A stretch of DNA of 64,000 nucleotides from Candidatus Moraniibacteriota bacterium (GCA_030645735.1 JAUSNP010000004.1:10739-74738); one strand, 5' to 3'. Counted from the stretch's first letter, positions 1-10,874 are shown. Notes: generated from the letters alone by a model not told the origin. Made by a program: numbers and translations.

Positions 1-101
1 CTTGTTTCGATCTGATCGAACCAATCTAGGACTATTATTTTGTTATCTTGATAAATAAAAAAACTCTCATGGAGTTGCACTTTTTACTTACCCGAGCCAA
101 T

Positions 102-130
102 ATTATACAGGATTGCCAAAAGGCTGTCAA
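102..130 (-). promoter_or_regulatory. Consensus sigma70 promoter firing leftward out of the window
   Basis: Minus strand TTGACA (130-125), 17-bp spacer, TATAAT (107-102). Confidence 0.75.
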
Positions 131-292
131 TGACATTTTAGTCCGCCTTTCTATCGATTCGCTCAAATCAAAAAACAGGCTTATTCGCCCGCTTTTTTCA
201 CATATCTATTCAGTCTGGTGCTTCTATCTGTGCATCGTGTATTTTGTATGAAATTGTGAAATACGCATATTACACAATAGCCTTTCGCCAAT

Positions 293-328
293 TAAAAAAC
301 AGGATGCTAAGACGCTAACATCCTGTTC
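293..328 (-). terminator. Probable intrinsic terminator after ORF 355-939
   Basis: aacaggatg...catcctgtt inverted repeat with an A-run on its left (U-tail on minus). Confidence 0.5.
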
Positions 329-354
329 TATTCTAGTAAAGCATTCGGCATTGT

Positions 355-939
355 TCACGCCGGGCTAGTGACTGCCAGCATGCATGTTCCAGCTGACCAG
401 ACGCCATGAAAAAATCCGAGATCAAGTACTGCGCCCGCTTTGGTTCGACAATACTGCGGAACCCTGACGCTTCGAATTCCCTCAGAATGTAATGATTTTG
501 GCTGATCGAGGGCTACAATCAAGGTATTTCTTGGAATATCCAAATTGTCAATTGCGAACGCAAGGCCTTGAGCACCCACGAAGAGCGATCTGATTCTTTC
601 AAGCTCTTTAAGGCAGTCTTCGGAACATAGCGTTTTCTTAAGTTGTAATAACTCGAAAACATAGTGTCCATGAGGGACTAAAGTATGCGTAACTCTGCCG
701 AAATTCACATCATTAACACGATTGTTAAACAGTGTATCCCTGCACTGTCTGACCTTTGAGGCTTTGAGTCCAAGCCTGTGATCATAGCTGGGCGGTATTT
801 TGACAGACGCCGTGAGCACGCTTTTCATAGTTCCGCCTGATGATAGAAGAACCCCAGGAAGCCTGCTTCCTTGCTCAACGGCTGTTCCAGCGAGTTTAGT
901 TAAGTCAGGAAATCGACGTGCACAACATTTCGCTCCCAT
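355..939 (-). CDS. Hypothetical protein (start may be the ATG near 828)
   Basis: 194-aa ORF, no family recognised with certainty. Confidence 0.55.
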   Translation of the reverse strand: MGAKCCARRFPDLTKLAGTAVEQGSRLPGVLLSSGGTMKSVLTASVKIPPSYDHRLGLKASKVRQCRDTLFNNRVNDVNFGRVTHTLVPHGHYVFELLQLKKTLCSEDCLKELERIRSLFVGAQGLAFAIDNLDIPRNTLIVALDQPKSLHSEGIRSVRVPQYCRTKAGAVLDLGFFHGVWSAGTCMLAVTSPA

Positions 940-1035
940 AAAAACTCCTCCTTATAAAAAGAACTTCCTTGGAAACCGCCAAGTCGGCTGTGGAATTTTT
1001 CCACAAATTAAGTCTAAAAAATCAAACTTTCATTG

Positions 1036-2232
1036 TTAAATATGGCTTTCTGGGTCTTTCGAGAAATATTGTACTTTTTTAGCATAGTCATTGCATTTAT
1101 TGTTCCAGAAAGATGAGCCTGGACCTCCGCAATAATATCGTTTTGAAGCTAGAAATTCACCACTCTTGCTAGTTGCGCCACCAGCTGCCAACTTGATAGC
1201 CATGCCCGTGATTCCATCGGCCAAATCCCATGGATCAGCTGGACTACTACCTGTCTTGGCGGAAATCTTAGCTTTGTAGCCAATCCAAGTGGTTGGCATA
1301 AATTGGGCCACGCCCATCGCGCCACCATAACCGCCCCATTTCGGTGAACAAGATAATTTCTTACCTTTATAATCTCCCCCGTAGGCCTTGGTGAGTTCAG
1401 CGGCAATTTTCAAAAATTCATTCACATCGGCCGCTTTCATACGAATGTTTTTGTAGGTGCAACCACCTGTGAAAGTTCCGTATCCAGTTTCCACAATCAG
1501 CTCGGCTTGCAAAAATTCTTTGCGCAAACCTGTGGCCTTACTGGCATAGGCCACGGCGTCATCAATATCCTTGGTACTGTATGACTTGCCTAAAAAAGAT
1601 GACAAGGTACTGCGTAGTTCAGCTATTTTTTGTTGAATTTCAGCCAAGGTTGCCTGAGCCTCTTTGATATCTCCGACAATCTCGCCTTGCTCCGCTTTTT
1701 GTTGTTGCAAAAGTTTTTCATGTTCAGCTTTTTTATCTGCTAGTTCCTCTTTGGTTTGCGCAATCACTTGTTGCGATGCGTCAATATTATCCAAAAGTCC
1801 CAGAATTTTTTCCTTTACATTCAGCATCTGATCGTCATTGCCAAAAATATTATTCAAATTTTCATTCGCCATCGCCAACTGCATAACTGGATCTTGGTTG
1901 TTGAAATATAACTCCTGCAAATAGGCCGTCATAATTTTTTTATACAACGCCACCTGGTCAGCTAAGTTTTTCAGCTCCGTTTCTTTGCGCGCTATTTCAG
2001 TTACCGTTTCAACAATCTTGCTTTTGGTGGTCCCGACCTGAACTTGATTTTTCTGTAACAAAACTTTCGAAGCATTCAGGTCTTTTGTGACTTGTTCTTG
2101 CTTAGCGGTCAGCTTGTTTATGGCGCTCAAAATGCTACTTTCATCTTGCGCCCAAGCAAAATTGAAAACATCAAAAAGCATAACCGCGATTATGCCCACT
2201 GCCAAAAAATGTTTTCGTCCTAGTTTGTTCAT
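1036..2232 (-). CDS. Secreted coiled-coil (PcsB/CwlO-like) protein with C-terminal lytic transglycosylase domain
   Basis: Signal peptide MNKLGRKH...AWA, long coiled coil, catalytic E-T motif (IVETG) and GAMGVAQFMPTTW SLT motif; start at 2232 supported by TGCTATAAT 7 nt upstream. Confidence 0.85.
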   Translation of the reverse strand: MNKLGRKHFLAVGIIAVMLFDVFNFAWAQDESSILSAINKLTAKQEQVTKDLNASKVLLQKNQVQVGTTKSKIVETVTEIARKETELKNLADQVALYKKIMTAYLQELYFNNQDPVMQLAMANENLNNIFGNDDQMLNVKEKILGLLDNIDASQQVIAQTKEELADKKAEHEKLLQQQKAEQGEIVGDIKEAQATLAEIQQKIAELRSTLSSFLGKSYSTKDIDDAVAYASKATGLRKEFLQAELIVETGYGTFTGGCTYKNIRMKAADVNEFLKIAAELTKAYGGDYKGKKLSCSPKWGGYGGAMGVAQFMPTTWIGYKAKISAKTGSSPADPWDLADGITGMAIKLAAGGATSKSGEFLASKRYYCGGPGSSFWNNKCNDYAKKVQYFSKDPESHI

Positions 2233-2307
2233 ATTGTATATTATAGCACTTTTTAGACAATAAAAAACCATCCGCTACAGCGGATGGCCTTTCTTTTGTT
2301 TGCTCTG

Positions 2308-3000
2308 TTATTTTGTCATTCCTTCTCGCAATTTACGCAAAATCAAAGCGGCTTCCTCTCGTCCACCTAGACCAAAGGCCAAGCCTCCAGCTAGTGAGAA
2401 CATCGCTACGATGCCAATGAAAATTGTGCTCACCAAAGATGAGGCAATTCCAAGTTGCAAAAGAGATGCTAGGATACCAAAGATTATGATTGCCCATTTG
2501 GCAATTCCAGCCAGCATCGTGGCGGACATCACACCCGCAGCGCGCGTACTGCCTTTCACCACGCTGTACACGAAATTTCCAACAATCACCACCACGGTCA
2601 TAATAATCACTGACACTACCACATTCGGCAGATATAGCAATATGCTATTAATAAAAGCAGTGACTTGCTTCAATTGCAAAACATCTGTCGCGGCCATCAA
2701 GAAAACTAAAATCAAAAACCACTTGACCAAGCCGCCAAAAAATTCGGCAATGCTTGCGCTGATTCCCATTTCAGAAAGTCTTTGTCCCCAACCAATCTTT
2801 TGCAAGGCGTGATCAACTTTCATAGTTTTCACAATTTTCTCCACAACCTTGCCCAGCGCCACAGCCACAATCCAACCAGCTACGAAGATTACCAACGCGC
2901 CAATGATTGCCGGCAAGAAAAATATAAAAGATTCCCACACGCCCAAAAGCGACAATGTTATCGCCTCTCCCCAAGTTTGAATTCCATTCATAATTATCAC
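2308..3000 (-). CDS. TM-helix repeat protein (MscS/CmpX-like membrane protein)
   Basis: FLPAIIGALVI..GW and YLPNVV repeats, C-terminal GLAFGLGGRE. Confidence 0.8.
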   Translation of the reverse strand: MIIMNGIQTWGEAITLSLLGVWESFIFFLPAIIGALVIFVAGWIVAVALGKVVEKIVKTMKVDHALQKIGWGQRLSEMGISASIAEFFGGLVKWFLILVFLMAATDVLQLKQVTAFINSILLYLPNVVVSVIIMTVVVIVGNFVYSVVKGSTRAAGVMSATMLAGIAKWAIIIFGILASLLQLGIASSLVSTIFIGIVAMFSLAGGLAFGLGGREEAALILRKLREGMTK

Positions 3001-3008
3001 CTGCCTTT

Positions 3009-3599
3009 CTAATTATTGTTTAATAACTCTCTAAATTCAGAATATATTTTTTCCAAGCTCAACAAATCCGGATTGCCATCACTTGCCAAAACCTTCATAC
3101 GAGCTTCAATCAATCTATTTTTCAATTCATCAACTCCGATATTTTCTTTTTCTGCGTTCAAAAAATTCACAAAAATATCCCGCACATACAGAATGAAGTC
3201 TTGACGATCTGGGTTGCCAGCATTTTTTCCCAACAATTCTTCCGTCACTGCATAAATGCGATCTACACTTTGGCCAGCCTTTTTGAAATAATCATACATC
3301 AGATTCAAAGCATCTTCACTCATCGAACTATTTTTGGCTAGCAGTTTTATTTTTATCTCAATCAATTCATGTTTGCTTTGATCCAAGCTGTGTTTTCTGA
3401 AACCATCTTCAATAAATAGCTTTTCTACTGTTCGCACATACTCCATAAAAGATCGCAAATCGGAATATTCGCCATATTTCTCCACGGTTTTCACATATGC
3501 CACTTCAACTTTTTCTAGTTTGCTTTGCAATTCTCGTTCGTGCATATATATAGTGTCAAAATTTTCAAACTGACTTGCCTCATTTCTTTCATCATACAT
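3009..3599 (-). CDS. Hypothetical helical protein with internal tandem duplication
   Basis: 196-aa ORF with two similar ~75-aa halves. Confidence 0.7.
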   Translation of the reverse strand: MYDERNEASQFENFDTIYMHERELQSKLEKVEVAYVKTVEKYGEYSDLRSFMEYVRTVEKLFIEDGFRKHSLDQSKHELIEIKIKLLAKNSSMSEDALNLMYDYFKKAGQSVDRIYAVTEELLGKNAGNPDRQDFILYVRDIFVNFLNAEKENIGVDELKNRLIEARMKVLASDGNPDLLSLEKIYSEFRELLNNN

Positions 3600-3661
3600 A
3601 ATAAAGTTTTTATAATCCTATTAGTACCCCCATAATAGCATTTTTTTGTCTATCCTACAAC

Positions 3662-3697
3662 CAAAAACACCCTGCCCAAAAAGGCAAAGTGTTTTTT
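3662..3697 (-). terminator. Intrinsic terminator
   Basis: aaaaacac..tgcc / ggca..gtgttttt hairpin downstream of the TPR gene. Confidence 0.55.
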
Positions 3698-3728
3698 ATT
3701 GCAAAGACAGCTTTCACTGAAATAATGT

Positions 3729-6233
3729 CTATTCAGTAACTGGCGCCACCGCTGAATCTGTAGCTGGTTCAGCAACTGGAGCCGTGTCAGGCTCAGCACT
3801 CAAGCTTTCTGGCGTATTTTCAATGCCAGCTTGAATATTGCTAATCATTTTTTGAACTTGTTTTATCGCCTGCTCAGACTCATTTGGCCCGCCTTGCATC
3901 GACGAAGCGTCTCTGCTAGTCGAGGCAGGCAACAACTCAATAACTCTCCTATATTCCTTAACTGCTTCATCCCTCCTGTTGGTTTTTTCATACAGCATGC
4001 CCAAGCTGAAATGTGTGTTAACATCTTTGTCATTGCCACTCAAGATATATGCATATAGAGACTCAGCTGTTTTACTGTCATCGCCTTTGCCTCTTTCTTG
4101 ATATAATCTGGCCAAATTGAAAATGAAGCTTGCGTTGTCTCTTTCTATTGTTAGCGCGTTGGTCATACTCTCGATGGCGCCATCCACTTCCCCCAAGGCA
4201 TCTTTTGCCAAAGCCAATTGATAATAGGCTTGCGCAAAATTGACCTTTTCATCCACCGCTTTTTGGAACAAATCGCGAGCTTCAGAAACCAATTTCTTCT
4301 TAGCCTCAACATCTTTTTCACCCGCCACTTGATTCAATTTTATCTGTCCCATCTTTACCAGCAAACTTGGATTGTGCGGTTCCAAATCGAGCGCCTTTTG
4401 ATAACTTTCCAAAGCCAATTGGAATGAATTGGCTACATAGTATCCGGAATTATCATAAATTTGCGCCAACGCTTCAGAAGTGCTGACATCTTGCGCTGAT
4501 TTTTCTTTGGCTTTTGTAGCTGCCAAGATTGAATTGTTCAGATAGTTTTGAATCTTATTGACATCTTTGTTTTCTGCGCCATTCAATGCCTCGTCATTAG
4601 CCAAAACCATATTGATTTGCGACAAAGCTGTGTAATAACGGCTTTCAAAACTGTATAAATTTATTGCTTGCACCATTTTGTTCATCGAGCCATCATCAAC
4701 TTTGTTCTTTCCTGCCATGCCAGCATAAATGTCAGCAGTGATAACTTTTCCAACAAACACGAACAAGAAAATCACGCTCGCGCTCACCACCATGAAAATC
4801 AAAGCGAGTGTCAGCGCAAATTTTGGCGAAGCTTTCAAAGAAAAATTAATGAAATTTTCTTTGATTGGCCCTTCCTTCATCAGGATTGCCAAAGACAGCG
4901 CGCAAATCAAAGCGCCGATGAGAAAGACTGAGCCTTCCATCCTTGAGGAAAACAAATTGATCAAAAACACCATTGCCGCTGACAAAAAAGTCAGGGAATA
5001 AATCTTGTCCCGCTCCTTTTCCAGAGAAATGAAATAGATGCTAGCGCCGATAAATGACAGGATCAAAACCAACATAAAGAATGTTCCCACCGCGCCAACG
5101 GTTGCCAATGATTCAAAAAGAATGCCTGTGCCTTGATAGAAGCGCAAATTGAACAATGAGTTCAGGTTGAATTCTTGCGGTTTGTGGGCAGAAAAATCAT
5201 AGCCATAAGTTGCCTGACCAGAACCGAAGAAAAAATTATCTTTGATTGATTCTTTGGCAATCTGCCAAGAAATTTTGTAATCCAAACTCACCTCGGCTGG
5301 CAATTGAATTTTGGAAATGTTCATTGACTTGCCACCCATAAACAGTACCATCAAAACCACAAACACCGCCATCAAAAACCACGAGTTGGAATATTTTTTC
5401 ACTTTCACAACATTAGCCAAGATGTAGATCAAGAAAAAGGCCACGCCAGCCAGCAAAGCAATCCAAATGGACAACGAAATAAACGAATAGAAAGTCAACA
5501 ACAAAAATAGATTTAATATCGTGCTTATCGCTACAAATGCTTGCCCAGCTGTTCTGGCAATTTTGTTTTCCACGCTCTCGCCAATTTTCAAGAACAATCC
5601 CATCAAAACTGGAATCATGATTGAAATAAAAATGACCATACCCGTGAAAGACCCGATCAAATTGACGGGGATATTTTTAGCTAAAATTTGTGGCACAAAA
5701 CCCAAATTCAAAACACTGACCAACGCCCAAACTGCTACCAAAAAATTAGCGCCCAGCAAAGCGCCAGCGAATAATTTGATCTTGTTTGTCTGCACTCTCT
5801 CCAAGATCAAATAGAAAACCACCACTAGCGCCAAAAGACCGATGAAGCCACGAGAAGGGTCACCAAAAGATCCCCAAAAGCTGTGCCATTTGTCCACCGA
5901 AAGAATTGCCGTCAGAAACGCAATCACAATCGTGGCAACAATCGGCAAGTCGAGCGGGTTTCGCTTGATGCGCATCTCTCCAGCTACCACTCCGCGCAAA
6001 GCCCAGAAAACCAATGCCACCAATACCAAAACATAGAAGTACATCTGCTTTTCAAAAATTATACCTTGAAAAGTTTTATTGAGAAAAAATAGTGGCACCC
6101 CGAAAACCATCAACACCAAGCTGGCGTCAATCACCCAGTTGCAAATCCGCATCAACCAATTATTTTTCACTCCGACCTCATTGTCCGCCCCAACTTCCTC
6201 GGTGCGAATTCTTTTGTTCACTACTTTTTCCAT
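3729..6233 (-). CDS. Polytopic membrane protein (O-antigen ligase/Wzy_C-like) with C-terminal TPR repeats
   Basis: About 12 TM segments, FFFGSG...Y motif, C-terminal TPRs (YQKALDLEP, HFSLGMLY). Confidence 0.8.
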   Translation of the reverse strand: MEKVVNKRIRTEEVGADNEVGVKNNWLMRICNWVIDASLVLMVFGVPLFFLNKTFQGIIFEKQMYFYVLVLVALVFWALRGVVAGEMRIKRNPLDLPIVATIVIAFLTAILSVDKWHSFWGSFGDPSRGFIGLLALVVVFYLILERVQTNKIKLFAGALLGANFLVAVWALVSVLNLGFVPQILAKNIPVNLIGSFTGMVIFISIMIPVLMGLFLKIGESVENKIARTAGQAFVAISTILNLFLLLTFYSFISLSIWIALLAGVAFFLIYILANVVKVKKYSNSWFLMAVFVVLMVLFMGGKSMNISKIQLPAEVSLDYKISWQIAKESIKDNFFFGSGQATYGYDFSAHKPQEFNLNSLFNLRFYQGTGILFESLATVGAVGTFFMLVLILSFIGASIYFISLEKERDKIYSLTFLSAAMVFLINLFSSRMEGSVFLIGALICALSLAILMKEGPIKENFINFSLKASPKFALTLALIFMVVSASVIFLFVFVGKVITADIYAGMAGKNKVDDGSMNKMVQAINLYSFESRYYTALSQINMVLANDEALNGAENKDVNKIQNYLNNSILAATKAKEKSAQDVSTSEALAQIYDNSGYYVANSFQLALESYQKALDLEPHNPSLLVKMGQIKLNQVAGEKDVEAKKKLVSEARDLFQKAVDEKVNFAQAYYQLALAKDALGEVDGAIESMTNALTIERDNASFIFNLARLYQERGKGDDSKTAESLYAYILSGNDKDVNTHFSLGMLYEKTNRRDEAVKEYRRVIELLPASTSRDASSMQGGPNESEQAIKQVQKMISNIQAGIENTPESLSAEPDTAPVAEPATDSAVAPVTE

Positions 6234-6284
6234 ATTTTTTAATTATTTTAGACTAATTTATTTACTTCTTTTATTATACTACAT

Positions 6285-9200
6285 TTATTTTTCTGCCACA
6301 ATCCACCAATTGAAGTTGATTTCTTTCGGCGCCAAAATTGCATCAAGTCGGTCCACTCCGACTTCAAAGCCTTTGCCTATATCTGTGTTTTTCACATAAA
6401 TAACTTGATTGTCAGTTGAACCAATTGGCGTGATATAAATCTTTGAATCCGCGCTAACTGCACTAGTTTTCACAACGACAACACTTTTATCCGCCACAAT
6501 CACCGCCTCACCAATCGTGGCTGCGGTTTTGTCATTGACTGCAATAGTCAGCAAGCCAGTCTCAGTGATTTGCGAGGTCAATTTACCAACAATTGTAATG
6601 TCGCCAGCCTTGCTAGTGTCTGTGATGCCTAGGAGTTGGTTCAAATAATCTATGGATTGGGTGTTGGCATCAATTTGCGCAATGTTGACTGGTGTAGCAA
6701 TTTGCGATTGCAAGGCGGTGATTTGTTGTTGCAAAATATCTGTCAGCGCCTGTAGAGACGCAATGCTTTGCGTCTGCGCATTGATTTGCGTATTGATATT
6801 TGCAACTTGTTTGGTGAATGTATCTTGGTTATTGGTGATGGTGGTTAGGTTTTTTTCAATTGAACCAAGTTGAGTGTTAACAGAATTTTTCAAATCCGTG
6901 ACAGTTGAAATGTTGCCAGTTAGTTGCAAGTTTAGATTTTCAATCTGAGTTTTTTCTTCTTGGAACATTTGATTTTTCACATCCGCAAATCTAGCGTAGA
7001 GTCCATGGATAGCGCCGTCTTGGAGAGTTGAGTCGGCATATGGTATGAGCAGTTCGCCTGGGGTAATTTGTTGAGTTAGATAGTTTTGGAAATGGGTCAG
7101 TTCATTTGGAGTGACACCTTTGAGAGTGTTTTTGGAAAGCTGGTTGAGTGGAGCAACTTCGTAGTTTGGAATTTGGAAACCTCCAGTCTTAGCGATGTAG
7201 CTCCAAGTGCCTCCAGTTCTAAAGTAGAGTCTTTCAGTGCCTAGAGTTGTGTCCAGACAAGTGAGACCGTCAGTAGCTGTGGTGAAAGTTAAATCAGTAC
7301 AAGCGCCGGCGTTGGTTTTTTGGATGAAGCCGTCGGAGGCAAGAGCTTGGCCAGTTGCACCTACTTTAAATTTATTTACTGAATTAACATTGAAATCTAA
7401 GAAGTCGCCAGTGAATGAGCCAGTGCCAGAAGCCATGTCGGCGTGAAATAAGTCTGCTGTTTTATCAGAGGTATTATGCGACACATAAATAGATTCATCA
7501 CTCGTAGAGTCACTGTCATCAATATAGAGACCGTATCCAGCGCCTGTTATGGTAGCATAAAAAGCTGGGGCTCCCCCTGATTCAGTGACCCAAACCCCAA
7601 CGTTGCCCGCAGAATCATTGATTTCTACACCACCATCATTCCTTACTTTGAATACTGAATCGCTATTCACATTGAAATCCAAAAAATCGCCAGTAAATGA
7701 ACCTGTGCCAACAGCCATGTTGGCATTGATTAAGTCACCTGATTTAGCGGATGTATTATGTATAAAATACAATGAGTTAGCAGTGGTAGAACCATAATCA
7801 TAGCCAAAAATAAAACGATTATTGTCTTGCTGATAGAGTTTCAAATCGTCATTTCCCCCAGTTGCATAAAGATATGCCACCGTACTATCATCTGTAGTAA
7901 ATCCGCCATCTGTCACATAAAGTGGGTCTGAGCCGGTATCAGTATTTGGAGTTATGCGAAGTTCACCACTGTGCCCGACTGTGAATGACGCAACATTGTT
8001 TTTTCTAAAATCCAAGAAGTCACCAGTGAATGAACCTGTGCCAACAGCCATATTAGCATTGATTAAGTCACCGGTTTTAGCGGAAGTTGAATGATATGTA
8101 TTAAAAGTATTATTTGAAGCTGAAGCAGTATCATAGACATACATAGCTGGAACATCAGCACCTAATTGTGCATAATATGCGGTGTTGCCATAGGACACGA
8201 TAGATTCAATTATGCCGTTACCTTCCATTAAATTTGCATCCGTAGCTCGCAGTGCATATGAGCCAGCTGAATTGATATATGTATCACCAGATGAACTAAC
8301 TTGAAATACCTTAGGATTAACGCCGACGTTACCATTATTAAAATCCAAGAAGTCACCAGTGAATGAGCCTGAACCACCCCCAAAATTCATATTAATGCCG
8401 TCGCCAGAAAAAGCAGAGTTTGATTGAGTTAATCCAATCAAATTATTGGAAGTAATGGAGTAAGATATCCCAGTGATTAATGGTGCATTATTACTATTGC
8501 CTGCATTGTAACTAACCAAGCTCAAAACTGGCGCAGCATAATTGCCAGAATATTCAAATGTTCCCAATCCCCAGCCATTGCCTTGGACATTGAAGGCATT
8601 GCCGTCTATATTGTCATTTGGGTCATTGTAATTAAGATAAAAACCATTGCCATTTTTTCCTATTTCCGTATTGATGTATGAACCATCGCCATAATAGAAA
8701 TTATTATTATAGCCTAGACCAGATACCGCATTATATTGCGCCTCGCTCAACGAATACCGCGTCATCCAACCACTTGAATTAAGACTTGGATCATTCCCCC
8801 AACCATCTCCATTTTCATATGCAAAAAAGGCGAACGGATAATCATATTGCCATTGCCCATAATCACTATCTGGTCCATCATATGTGACAGTGATTGCATT
8901 TCGAATTGGGTTTTGAATAATTACCGCCCCATCAAAACCATTCGTGTCTTCATACAAACCAGACAAGGACCGTCCGCCACCTATAGATCCGTCATTACCG
9001 AAAGTTAAAATTAAGCGCTCAGCGCTATTGAAAGTATCACGGCTACCCACAATCTTTATCCGATGAGTATAAGGGATTGTAGCTTCAATTTCTTGCGCAG
9101 TATTTCCGTTTGAAGTAGTTGTTGCAATGGCAGGTGTGTTTCGATCACTTGGCAAAAAGATAAAAGCTGAGATGCCACCAAATGCTGGATCATTGGACTC

Positions 9201-10784
9201 ATAGCTATTATATGATTCATGGTAACCTGAAATTATCTCAATCGTGTCCTCTCCGTTAGAGTACGCAATATATGGATTACTAGGACTAGTCAAAGACGGA
9301 TCAAGTCGATAGACTTTACCCTCGCCTTTGGCATATTCCCATTTAGTGTCCGTGCCGGTGGAAGACAAAAACATCCCGTCTGTTCCGTTGGAATTGGTGC
9401 TGTCAAAGAGTCCATTTTCTAAGCGCATATTGCCGGCGATGTGCAAAGCTTCGGTTGGACTGGAGGTTCCAATTCCAAATTGTTTGCTGGCGTTGTCCCA
9501 GAAAAGACTGGCATCCGCCCCAAAGGTTCCGGCATTGTTAAATTGCAACTGACCAATGGAACCGCCTGGTACCGCATTGACACTAGCCCAGCTCAAGTTG
9601 CCATCACCATCAGTAGTCATAACTTGATTAGGATTGCCATCCACCGCTGGCAAGGTATAGGCGCCGGCAATGATGATTGTTTGTGTATGCAAAGTTCCTT
9701 GCACTTCAGCGTCATGGGAAATGACTAGATCACCAGTGTTTGTTAGGCCGTGATTTGAATTGTTCTCACCAATGAAAATCGGTGAAGCGCCAATCAAGCG
9801 ATGGGTATAGATCGTGTTCCAGCTTTTGTCAGAGTTGCCGAGATTGTAGGAGAGGTTGTTGTCTGGGATGATGTCCTTGGTGGTAGTGGTGCCTTCGACA
9901 GTCAGGTCAGCCTTGTCACCGGACAGAACAAGCGCGCCACTGACTTCTCCGCCAGTATTAGACAACTTAGTTTTTACATCCGTAGCCAGTTGTGTTGAGG
10001 CTTTATCAATTGATTGGGAGAAATCTTCTTTGACTGTGGAGAGATCGGCGGATAAATTGGAGTTAGAAGATGAGATTTCTTTAAATAGATTACTTTTGGT
10101 ATCGCGAATAGCCTTACCTAGAAGACCTGTTAAGGAAGCTTGCTGAGTTGAATCGTCATTAGAACTAAAGACACTTGCTATTGCCTCTCCAATGGGAGCA
10201 TAGGCTTGTGGATAGGCAAAAGCTGAGAAAGAAAACAATAGGAAAAAGACCAGGAAAGCTGAGTAGAGGATTTTTTTAGTTAGATGACTAATTGAGTCTT
10301 GGTATTCACCGATGCCTTTTTGGTACAAGCGGACAAAGAAAAGAACTAGCGAGCCAGTTACGGTTAAAACACCGATGTAGGCCATTATGATGAAGGCGTC
10401 GTCGAGGGAAAGACTGGTTACGAAGTGGAATAGTGGATAGATTAAGAAGAATACCGGTTTCCATTCAGAAGGGAAAAAGACTATAAATAGGATTAGGAAA
10501 GCTAGGGAGATTTTGAGAAAGTTTTTTAGAAAAACATCATTCTTTTGCATCAACACATACATGGCGTGATCCTGCTTGTCTTTCAGATACATCCACAAGG
10601 CAAAGCCGATTATCAATACCAACGGCATCAGAGCGATAAAGGTGACAATGAAGTTGGCAAAAAACTCAAACTGCGCCAATGAGCGCAAAATGACAAATTC
10701 AGCAAAGACTACGAAGATTAGGAAACGGCTTTTGTGTAAGTTTAATTTTTGTAGAAGTGAATATTGTTCGATTGCTTCGGACAT
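6285..10784 (-). CDS. Giant membrane-anchored surface/fibre protein 1 (1499 aa)
   Basis: N-terminal TM bundle, coiled coil, G/S/T/N-rich beta region, four GDLINANMAVGTGSFTGDFLDF-type repeats, C-terminal coiled coil and ...NWWIV end shared with two paralogs. Confidence 0.85.
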   Translation of the reverse strand: MSEAIEQYSLLQKLNLHKSRFLIFVVFAEFVILRSLAQFEFFANFIVTFIALMPLVLIIGFALWMYLKDKQDHAMYVLMQKNDVFLKNFLKISLAFLILFIVFFPSEWKPVFFLIYPLFHFVTSLSLDDAFIIMAYIGVLTVTGSLVLFFVRLYQKGIGEYQDSISHLTKKILYSAFLVFFLLFSFSAFAYPQAYAPIGEAIASVFSSNDDSTQQASLTGLLGKAIRDTKSNLFKEISSSNSNLSADLSTVKEDFSQSIDKASTQLATDVKTKLSNTGGEVSGALVLSGDKADLTVEGTTTTKDIIPDNNLSYNLGNSDKSWNTIYTHRLIGASPIFIGENNSNHGLTNTGDLVISHDAEVQGTLHTQTIIIAGAYTLPAVDGNPNQVMTTDGDGNLSWASVNAVPGGSIGQLQFNNAGTFGADASLFWDNASKQFGIGTSSPTEALHIAGNMRLENGLFDSTNSNGTDGMFLSSTGTDTKWEYAKGEGKVYRLDPSLTSPSNPYIAYSNGEDTIEIISGYHESYNSYESNDPAFGGISAFIFLPSDRNTPAIATTTSNGNTAQEIEATIPYTHRIKIVGSRDTFNSAERLILTFGNDGSIGGGRSLSGLYEDTNGFDGAVIIQNPIRNAITVTYDGPDSDYGQWQYDYPFAFFAYENGDGWGNDPSLNSSGWMTRYSLSEAQYNAVSGLGYNNNFYYGDGSYINTEIGKNGNGFYLNYNDPNDNIDGNAFNVQGNGWGLGTFEYSGNYAAPVLSLVSYNAGNSNNAPLITGISYSITSNNLIGLTQSNSAFSGDGINMNFGGGSGSFTGDFLDFNNGNVGVNPKVFQVSSSGDTYINSAGSYALRATDANLMEGNGIIESIVSYGNTAYYAQLGADVPAMYVYDTASASNNTFNTYHSTSAKTGDLINANMAVGTGSFTGDFLDFRKNNVASFTVGHSGELRITPNTDTGSDPLYVTDGGFTTDDSTVAYLYATGGNDDLKLYQQDNNRFIFGYDYGSTTANSLYFIHNTSAKSGDLINANMAVGTGSFTGDFLDFNVNSDSVFKVRNDGGVEINDSAGNVGVWVTESGGAPAFYATITGAGYGLYIDDSDSTSDESIYVSHNTSDKTADLFHADMASGTGSFTGDFLDFNVNSVNKFKVGATGQALASDGFIQKTNAGACTDLTFTTATDGLTCLDTTLGTERLYFRTGGTWSYIAKTGGFQIPNYEVAPLNQLSKNTLKGVTPNELTHFQNYLTQQITPGELLIPYADSTLQDGAIHGLYARFADVKNQMFQEEKTQIENLNLQLTGNISTVTDLKNSVNTQLGSIEKNLTTITNNQDTFTKQVANINTQINAQTQSIASLQALTDILQQQITALQSQIATPVNIAQIDANTQSIDYLNQLLGITDTSKAGDITIVGKLTSQITETGLLTIAVNDKTAATIGEAVIVADKSVVVVKTSAVSADSKIYITPIGSTDNQVIYVKNTDIGKGFEVGVDRLDAILAPKEINFNWWIVAEK

Positions 10785-10818
10785 AATATGTGAGTGTTTT
10801 TATTTTTATTCTTATCCT

Positions 10819-10856
10819 ATTATACCACAGAAAAGAGATGTTGCGGATGTGGATAA
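10819..10856 (-). promoter_or_regulatory. Extended -10 promoter with adjacent DnaA box
   Basis: TGTGGTATAAT (-10 at 10824-10819); TTATCCACA at 10856-10848. Confidence 0.6.
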
Positions 10857-10874
10857 CTTGGTTGTGTGAGAATC

